Of a stretch of DNA of 64,000 nt, positions 48,577 to 64,000 are shown piece after piece; position 1 is the stretch's first letter, and each line of letters starts with the position of its first letter. The notes below the pieces were generated by a model. The model had not been told where the DNA came from and made no database searches. It saw nothing but the letters and a program-made list of their open reading frames with translations. The DNA comes from Neoconidiobolus thromboides FSU 785 (lineage: Eukaryota > Fungi > Entomophthoromycota): contig MU626282.1 of assembly GCA_025603075.1 (NCBI GenBank), positions 62,001 through 126,000 on the forward strand, in the 5' to 3' direction. Position numbers and translations under genes: made by a program.

Positions 48577-49491
48577 TAGTAATTCAAAATTTCAGAGTTT
48601 TAGATTTTAAATTGATGACGAAATCTTATTAAAAATTTCAAATCATCTTGCTTTTAATAGATAATTTGTTGCTATTTTTAAACAAAGCTCAAATACTATC
48701 TAAATCATATAATGAATTACTTTATATGGCATTTACAAGAATGTTTGTTATTTCCATCACTGACAAACGTTTTTTCCTATAATCCGAGCTGTAGGGAAAT
48801 CGAATATTCGTTTTTACAGTAGAAATAGCCCATTTGTTTTTATAATAGAAATAGCTCATTTACAAAGTAAAAGTGTTACAATATTAGAAACTAAAAATCG
48901 CCTTCAAAACTACCAACTATTGACAGCCATCGAATAAGCGTTAATATAATTTTTTATAAAATAAATATTGTAGTTTAAAATTTTATTATTAATACGATGA
49001 AAAAATTAATGAATTTTAGATATATTTTTATTATCTATAACAAAATTAATTCAAATGTTGCTATTCTTAATTTGAAAAATAAAGTAAAAATAGAAATATT
49101 TTTATAGAAATTAATCAAAATATGCTATTTTCGTTAGTAATGTTAAACATTTGGTTTTGATAGTAACTTTATAATACTAAATTTTAAATAATAGAGTAAA
49201 CCTAAAAAATCAAATTAATAATTAAAATACCTTAAATTTGGACCTTACAATATCTCATTTACCTATTTTATCCAAAGCTACATTTTGATAAGCTTGGTAT
49301 TAGTAATATGTTAGCTATTGATTAAATAAAGCTAATAAGCTAACACTTATTCTTATTATTTTATATAAACGATTGTACAATTGTTATAGCCACTTTTGTT
49401 TTAAGAGATAAGCTAGTTTTATAAAACCTATGTTGCTAAAAATAGAATATTGGTAATTATCATGTTAAAATAAAATTATCAAAAAATAGAT

Positions 49492-49590
49492 GGGGGTGTT
49501 TTTTTTTGGCTTGATCACTTTTTCTATCTTTTGAGTGCTGTTCAAGCGAAAAAATTGCTAATAAAATTGTTAAATTTAAAAACACATGGA
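49492..49590 (+). mobile_element. MITE family copy 17
   Basis: AT|GGGGGTGTTTTTTTTTGGCTTGATCACTTTTTCTATC...; right TIR degenerate. Confidence 0.8.
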
Positions 49591-50077
49591 GATATATTTT
49601 ATTCAAATACTGATGAAAAAAATAAATAACGTCTAACATTTGCCCATGAAATAATAAGACTTCTATAAAAATAGGGCTATTTTTTTATAATAGAATTTAT
49701 ATTCTTAGCTATAAGCATCGGAATCGCAGTATTGTCTGAATTATAATGGTCTTATTATGTTTTCTATTTATTCTTTTTCATAATCCATCGTTCTATATCT
49801 TATTTAGCTTTCTTACTATTCTTTAAGCTCTATCTGTTGATAAGAATAAAGTACTATCAGTTTAAAGAATTTAGGAAAATTAGTCAATGATTATATAAGA
49901 GTGTAAATAAAATCTAGAAAAATGTTTTTTAGACATTAAACAAGCAAAAAATTAATTCTATTTTCATAGAATATCCTAACAAAAATGAAATTTCTACTTT
50001 TTGATTTTAGCAAAAAAGCACCACTAAATATTTAACTTTAGAATAAAGATAGAACTATTTTATCAAAGAACTAAGAA

Positions 50078-51747
<1,670 letters not shown>

Positions 51748-51867
51748 CCTAATAAATTATTTCAATGTTATATATCATTTATTATTATCACTAGTATTAG
51801 TCTTACTATTTAACATTTAATTTAAAACTCTCAAGATTATAATTTAAAAAATTTATTTTAAAAAGAT

Positions 51868-53004
51868 TTAACTGGTTTGGGCAAATTTGACACCTTTAGC
51901 AATGTTACCTTTAAGTTGAGAAACAGCTTCCTTAATTAAATCTTGTTCAAATGGAGTAATTTCACCAACTGGATGGATCTTTTCTACACCATTTTTACCA
52001 AGTTCAACATTGGTAGCAAAGAATTCAGCACCATCTTCCTTGAAAATTGGAGATTCAACGAAAGCAGGTTCAATGATACCTTGTTTACCATCAAGAGCTT
52101 GTAAAAGGGAAGAAGTGAATCTAGCACCAGCGAAAGCCATTGATAAAGTAGCTGAGCCAGTACCATTTTTAGCTTTAACAACTTCATCACCACCAAATTG
52201 AACACGGTGAGTTAAAGCTTTAAGCTCTTCGTCATTTAATTTAAGTCCAGAAACTTGAGAAAATAATGGTACAATAGTGGTACCAGAGTGACCACCAATA
52301 ACTGGTACATTGACTTCTTTTGGATCTTTCTTTAAATGTTCAGAGATGAATCTAGAAGCTCTAACAACATCTAAGGTAGTGACACCGAATAAACGTTTAG
52401 CATCATAAGCATTATGTTTCTTTAAAACTTCAGCTACAATTGGTACAGTGGAGTTAACGGGGTTAGAAATAATTAATAAATGAGCTTTTGGGCAATACTT
52501 AGCACAAGCAGAAGCTAAGTCTCTTACAATAGAAGCATTGATGTTAAATAAATCATCACGAGTCATACCTGGTTTACGTGGTACACCAGCTGGAATAACA
52601 ACAACATCGCAACCTTCTAAAGCATGCTTAAGACCATCGTTTTCTCCAGTGAAACCTTTAACCTTTTGAAAAAATTAAGATAAATTAATAAATTTTATAT
52701 TTTAAAAACTTACAGTTGAGTTAGTGTTGATATGAGCTAAATCAGCAGCAACACCTGGGGTATTAACAATATCATAAAGAGAAAGTTCAGTAACCAATGG
52801 GTTTTGTTTTAATAATAAAGATAATGGTTGACCAATACCACCAGCAGCTCCTAATACAGCTACTTTAGCAGCATTCTATAAAAAAGAAATATTTAATATA
52901 TTTAATAGTTCTTACATTAATAGCTAATAACTTACAGCAACGCTACTGGAAGAAAAGTTACGCTTAGATAAGCTAATAATGTTACGAAGACCAGTGTTAA
53001 TCAT
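51868..53004 (-). CDS. MDH1: Mitochondrial malate dehydrogenase, 4 exons
   Basis: Presequence, [65 protein letters not shown]. Confidence 0.97.
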
Positions 53005-53270
53005 TTTATGTAAGTTATTTTTATGAAAATGAAATTAAATGATTTTATAGTATGCTATTTAGCCTTTTTTTCGAATGAGATCACGGTTTTTGATTCTGTC
53101 CCATAAGTTATGATACGCTATCAGATGCTTAAGGTTTAGGAAATGAAATTTAAGCCACATTTGTTACTGTTTTATTTGTTAACTTCTAAGAATTATAAAC
53201 AGATAGAATATTCTATATAATACTTTGTCAATCAAATTTTATAAGATTATTATTGCAAGTTGTAGTATAT

Positions 53271-53367
53271 GGTGATATTTTTTTTGGCTTCATTACTTTT
53301 TTCATCTTAAGCACTATTTGAGTGAAAAATTTGTTAGTAAAATTCTTAAACATAAAAATACATCCCC
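53271..53367 (+). mobile_element. MITE family copy 18
   Basis: AT|GGTGATATTTTTTTTGGCTTCATTAC...AAAAATACATCCCC|AT. Confidence 0.9.
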
Positions 53368-53829
53368 ATATATTAAAATTTAATGTATAATATGAAATGC
53401 AATATACAGCTTATAAGCTAAATATAGTAATTCTACTATTATTTAAGGATAATCAGTGGTTAATCGAATATTGAATATATAAAAAATGATATAATTTTAA
53501 TATTCTGTTAAATAATAATTGTATTAATTCTAAAAACAGATAATCTATTTATTATATAAGGTTCCTTTTAATGCTTTGTTGTATTTAAAATTTACAAAAT
53601 TTGTCAATAACTATTCTCAATATATATATGTATACTCTTGAAAGTTAAAAAGTTATAACAATAATAAATTATAAACTCTATAAAACTCATTATAAATTTT
53701 ATTCCTAATTTTAATTCTTCTATCAAAAAATTAAAACAATTATCAAAATAGTATCAAAAAGATAGAGGGCAGGATGCAAAAGCATAGAAAGATAGATTTT
53801 ATAAAAAAGAAGCGTTAGAAATCAAAAAA

Positions 53830-55546
<1,717 letters not shown>

Positions 55547-56493
55547 ATTTGTTTTAGAAACTTGAAGTAAAAAAATAGGAATTTATTAACATCATTGCTT
55601 TATTTATATAACTTTTTCTCATCCTTTTTTTTTGTGGTGAACTTAAGCTTTATTGGCTCATCAAAATACTATCCAGTAACTGTTTTTTTACCAAGTTTTG
55701 TGAACTAAAAAGGATTTAGTAAAGTTTAATTTAAATCTTTGAATTATGTTAGAGTTACTAAGATTTATAAGAATAAATCACCAATTTTAAACTTATAAAA
55801 TACAGTCTACCATTTAACACCATCCTAATCTATACTTTCAACACAATATAATCTCATATACAGTATCTATTCTCCTCTTACTCCTCACTTCGAATATAGG
55901 CTATTTAATTTAAGCATTTAATTCCTTGTACCAATCAATTGTTATTAACTTCTATTCAGTTTTTAAGGTAATTTTATTAGATAAAATTTGTCCATGGTTA
56001 AGTGTTAATTATGAAATCATCAAGGATCAAGAAATTAAATTTCGGTCTGAAATAGGAACTTGAGTTTGAAATTCATCTTTTAAAGTGAGAATTACATCAC
56101 TATTTTGTTAGTATTCTCGTTCTAAAAAATTTAAAAGTGGAGAGGATAAAGTGTACCGATTAAATGAATTGGGTACTACGAGTTTAAGTTAATGTTCTTT
56201 GTATGGTTTAACTATTATACAAATCACTATATAATGTATTAATTATTATACTTTGTTCAATATTAACATTTTAAAGGACTGAATTTAAATCTATTTTTAG
56301 TATAAGCTAAGTTGAATATTAATATCTTTAATTAAATTAAATTGAGTCAAATATTTGATTATAAACATGTGTATTCTTATATTTTATAATGATGCAAATA
56401 TTAACTTTTATAAATGAATGGCTTAGCTTTAAAATGTTTATTTTAAATTTTAATTTCAATTTAGTTACTTAATATATTTGATTAATAGTATAT

Positions 56494-56590
56494 GAAGGAT
56501 ACTTTTGGTTTCATCACTTTTTTCATTTTTAAGCGCTATTTCTATTTAAGCGAGAAGATTATTAGTAGAATTCTTTAAAAATATATCCCT
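56494..56590 (+). mobile_element. MITE family copy 19 (degenerate)
   Basis: AT|GAAGGATACTTTTGGTTTCATCACTTTTTTCATTTTTAAGCGCTATTT...ATATATCCCT. Confidence 0.75.
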
Positions 56591-57855
56591 GTTAAACAAA
56601 CTTTTTTGTAAGGTAGAAATAAATTTACAGTTATAAACATATTGAAATCTCATTATTATTTTGGAGTTTATTAAAAAGTAGCATTTGTTATAAATTCTTT
56701 ATATCTACGAATAGATTAAACTTGTGAATGCTATTATTTTGAATGTTCATATATAAAATATGATAATTGAAATTAAATTAATTAAAGTACACCTTTTGAA
56801 TATAACATAATAAAACATGATATTTGAAATAAAGCATAATACAATATTTAAAATCATAGTACTTTATTAATATCAAATATTCATTTTATAAAACTTTATT
56901 TTAATTCAAATAAACTGGTCTAGACTTATCTTTACAAAGATAATCTTTTTATAAGGGATATATTTAAAGCCTCTTATACTTTTTTTCACTGAAGCTTTTT
57001 ATAGTCACTAACTTTTGGTCTGTTCATTATTATGCAATATTTTTAATACTAATGTATATTGGTCTACTGTTGTTTCCTTTTTGTTTCTTATTTGAAATAA
57101 TTTATATAAAGCAAAGCATAAAATTAGTAGTATGACTTGTTATAAACAAAAATTAGAACTTTTATATTAAAGTACTTTCCTCTAGTATATGAATTTTTTT
57201 TACCCTTTCTTATCTTAACTCAATCTTCTCCCTTTCTATTGTTAGATTTTTAATCAGCAATCCATTTAAGAATCCTTCGGTTTCTTCTAAGCTTTATTAA
57301 AAAATATATAATATTTTAGATAGTTTCATTGTTTTATAAATAAAATAGAGATTTATGATATTAGTTTGTGCTATTATAAGATCGAAAATCACGTTTCAAT
57401 TATTTTAATAATTACGATTGCTTTTATATAACGTTTAACAAGTGATTCTATTATTACTGACTTTGATTTTACTAGTCTTATTGCTGTTTTTTTAAGACAA
57501 GTCGATATCAAAAAGATATTATCACTTAATTCTATCAATTAGAGAGGAGAAATTGTAAGAAAATTACATAAAAAATAAAAGGACTGTTTCTAAATTTGAT
57601 TATTGTTACAACTTTATAGTATAGACTATCAATAAGCATCTTAATATGATTTAATATTTTCACATAAAATAACCATAATCACTCAAAAAAATAGTTTAAG
57701 GAACAACAAATCAATTAGATAATGCAAAAATTCCAACCCCATTATTTGTTGAAAAAATTGAATAAAATAGTCTCAATTATTCAATATTACTCAGTATAAA
57801 ATAAAATTAAAAATAATTTCGTTAAAGAATATTACTATTTTTTCTTAACATAGCT

Positions 57856-58533
57856 ATGATTTATCAATATTATCAACGTTTGGTTCACTTCTCCAAAACC
57901 AATCCCGTAATTACATTAACTATCACAAATATGGGACTTGCTGCTATAGCGGATATAACTGCTCAATCGGTCGCTAATTTAGATAAAGAGTTTAATATTG
58001 TAAGTCATCAACCATTTGATAGCTATCGTTTTATGAGATTTGTATTATATCAAGGAGCATTTGCGCCTATTTGTTACAAATGGTATTCTATATTAGATAA
58101 AAGTATACCAGTTAAAATGGCAAGTGAGTTACCTAGTAATACTAAAAAATTTAGTAGTTTCCAAAATATTTATCAGCCAGTATTAAAACGAGTGTTTGCA
58201 GATCAACTGTTTTTTGCTCCATTAGCAGTAGGTTGTTTCTTTTTAGTTATGCCATTGTTAGAAGGAGGTAATTGGTTACAGATTAAAACAAAATTTAACG
58301 AAGTAAGTAGAAAAAGTTCATAAATTTAATTAATAATAATTTTTATTTAGTTATACTATCCAACCTTGTTAGATAATTGGAAGGTATGGCCTTTATTTCA
58401 GTTAGTAAATTTTTGTTATGTACCCTTATTTTTCCGTTTGCCTTTTGCTTCCATTATGGGTATCTTTTGGAATACTTATCTTTCTATGGTTAATGCTCAA
58501 AGCCCACCATTTTCAACTGAAAATATCAATTAA
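57856..58533 (+). CDS. Mpv17/PMP22 family membrane protein (Sym1-like), 2 exons
   Basis: ADITAQ, FD.YR..RF..Y, KRVFADQLFFAP, exon 2 PTL..NWKVWPLFQLVNFCYVPL.FRLPF....IFWNTYLS. Confidence 0.92.
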
Positions 58534-58597
58534 ATTAAAAACAAAGTTTGATTTTTTTTAAATATTTTATATGGAATCAATAAGTTTTAATGTTAAT

Positions 58598-58970
58598 TTA
58601 TTTTTTAAAAAACATTCTTCCCCAAGTTTTCTTTAATACACTTTCTTTAACTTTATAATGCCATACCCATCGTGCTGCTTTTTGTAAAGCTAACTCATAA
58701 TCATGATATTCAAATGGAAAATTGAATTTGATAAAATTGTTGTCAATTAATTCCATATAATATTTAGATAACATTTCTTTCATTTGTCTATTTAAAAAAA
58801 ATACATTAACAATTTTACTTTGATGTAAAAAATAGAATTAAAACTTACAGATTAACATGTGATAAAACTTTGTTATACAAATCTAATACAAACGCTACAA
58901 CTATGAAGGTACCAAGTAACAAAGGAACTAGAATCAAGTCTAATGGACTAACGTAATACAACTGTATCAT
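58598..58970 (-). CDS. Hypothetical small membrane protein (about 105 aa), 2 exons
   Basis: Exon 1 MIQLYYVSPLDLILVPLLLGTFIVVAFVLDLYNKVLSHVNL, GTAAGT..ATAG intron, in frame with QMKEMLSKYY...WVWHYKVKE...; no family recognised. Confidence 0.6.
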
Positions 58971-59601
58971 TTTTTTTAAATATTGAGAAGTAAAAAGTAG
59001 TCACAATAGAATGCAAATTAGTCTAAGTTATAGCTAATAAAACTATTGGCTATAGAAAGGTTTGGCTTTCTTTAGATTATTAAAAGCTGTCATTATCACG
59101 GATATTTCGACATATTATGAAACTAGTTTTAAACTGTTTATTTGTAGAATTCTACAAATTATTTATAAATCAGTATTAATAATATTTTATAAAAGACCAC
59201 CTATTTTAATATGAATTATTGAATAATAAGATTTACGCTTTAATTCTTATTCAACTCAAATAAAGAATCATTTTAAGAATCTAACAAATTGTTTGATTTT
59301 TTCTATATAAAAAATGAATAAAAATGAAATTAAAAAACATCACCCCAGAATTAAGTTATGGTAGACTATAAATCGAACTGATCAAATCAAACTCAATTTA
59401 GATTTTAAATTCTCATTAAATCCCTATCACATGATACATATCGCCAACTAACTTGAATTGATTGGATTAGTTTTAAAGCATAAATTTAGTTTACTGGCTC
59501 AACTAAAGTTCGAAATTCAACGATTTCGTAAGTGGCATTTAAAATCAAATAAAATCAAATTAGCAAAAAATAAAACCTTTAGTTTTATTAATCTTATTTC
59601 A

Positions 59602-62428
<2,827 letters not shown>

Positions 62429-62941
62429 TTTAGTTGGATTTTATGGTTTTTTATAAAAAATATATCATAATTTTTTACCTGATTTATTTCTATAAGGTCT
62501 TATTTATCTTTGTTTGCTTTTTTTATACTTTCAAAATTGTATTTTATAAAAAGTTAAGACTTCATTTAAAAATTCATCGAATTATTTTAAAGTAGCTTTA
62601 AGCCCTTATAAATAGAACTGAAGTTAAATCCTCTAAAATATTAAATTATGAACATAAGTTTCGTACTTTATCTAAATAAAATTTAAAGTAAACAAGCAGA
62701 CGCATAGAATTTAAACAAGATATTAGTTCTATAAAAATTTATTTAAAATAATCATAATTTTATACTAAAAAAGATACAAAGAATAGATTACTGCTACCAA
62801 TAATAATGTCTCAAGGGTTTATTTTAATTCTATAAAAGAGTGAGCAATTGAATTCAAAGATAATTGAAAATATAAAAATCAAATTTTATAAACAACAATG
62901 TTGCTCATAAACCCAATATCAGGAACGACTACTTTATATAT

Positions 62942-64000
62942 TTAATGGTCAATTTTATCCACTATAGAAAATTAAATTAACAGAAAATATTAATATGAAA
63001 ATAGCTTACATTTCATTGGCATCTCATCAATTTGAGTAGCATAATATTGTTCAATTTCTCTTAAAGCTTTAACATCTTCATCACGAACAAAATTAATAGC
63101 AACACCTTTTCTACCAAATCGACCAGAACGGCCAATACTAAAAAAATAAATTTCTAATTGTAATCAATATATTAAAATAATTACCGATGGATATAATTTT
63201 CACGATTGGTAGGAAGGTCATAATTAATAACTAAAGAAACTTGTTGAACATCAATACCTCTAGCCCAAACATCAGTAGTAATTAAAACTCTTGATTTAGC
63301 TAATCGAAATTCAGACATAATATAATCTCTTTCTTTTTGGGGCATTTCACCATGCATTGAAGTAACTGAAAAATTAGCTTCCGTCATTTTTTGAGTTAAA
63401 AACTCAACCTTACGACGAGTATTACAAAAGATAACTGCTTGAGAGATTGTAATGGAATCATATAAATCAGTTAAGGTATCAAATTTCCATTCTTCTTTTT
63501 CAACGCTAATGAAAAATTGTTTAATCCCTTCCAAAGTAAGTTCATCACGTTTAACTAATATCCTTATTGGTTCTGTCATAAATTTACTTGTCATTGATAA
63601 AACATCATGTGGAAGGGTAGCGGATAATACAACAACTTGGCAAGAAGGTGGTAAAAAGCGATAAATATTATAAATCTGTTCTTTGAATCCTTGGTTTAAT
63701 AATTCATCAGCTTCATCAAGTACTAACATTTTTATATTTTTGACTCTTAAACTACGACGCTTAATCATGTCGTGTACACGCCCAGGGGTCCCAGATACTA
63801 CATGTTGTCCGTATTCTAATTTTTTAATATCATCCCCAACGCTAGTTCCTCCAATACATGCATGACATTGGACATTCATATAATCTCCTAAAGCCAAAAG
63901 TACATTTTTGATTTGTACAGCTAATTCTCGAGTGGGTGAAAGTACTAATGCTTGTGCATCTCTTAAAGAAGTATCGATACGTTGTAAAATTGAAATGGAA
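62942..64000 (-). CDS. FAL1: DEAD-box helicase eIF4A-III (Fal1/DDX48), 3' portion; 5' end beyond the window
   Basis: [73 protein letters not shown]; last exon LDKIDH*. Confidence 0.95.

Noticed and set aside
59458-59601. Upstream extension of ORF 59458-59757
   Set aside because: The ATG at 59602 gives a typical mitochondrial presequence for PCCA; the TTG-initiated extension is unsupported.

Overview
Very AT-rich, intron-rich eukaryotic DNA with short GT-AG introns of about 45-60 nt. It is most consistent with an early-diverging, non-Dikarya fungus (Zoopagomycota/Entomophthorales-like is my inference; the species cannot be confirmed). Hand-splicing the ORF track gives about 29 protein-coding genes. 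These include SF3B1 (5' end), RPS13, an ARHGAP39-like RhoGAP, SERF, GLN4, a Mei2-like protein, a PPP1R37-like LRR protein, NoxA, a rhodanese, MRP51, HOP2, a nucleoside hydrolase, a Gdown1-like protein, a Rad60/Esc2-like protein, YAF9, a CHZ-motif protein, RPS22, a quinone oxidoreductase, DUS2, MDH, HOG1, an Mpv17 protein, PCCA and eIF4A3 (partial). There is also one AEC/PIN-like transporter pseudogene, tRNA-Leu(AAG), a box C/D snoRNA behind RPS13, an H/ACA snoRNA in the RPS22 intron, and about 19 copies of a ~97-bp MITE with GGGG/CCCC ends and AT target duplications. The most notable items are: the NADPH oxidase gene bracketed by ~300-bp inverted repeats (possible transposon-captured cassette), a candidate fungal homolog of the 'metazoan' Pol II subunit Gdown1, the ISL2EU-like MITE family, and snoRNAs plus an unexplained three-way-junction RNA tied to ribosomal protein genes. 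All protein identifications are from remembered family motifs; no database search was run.
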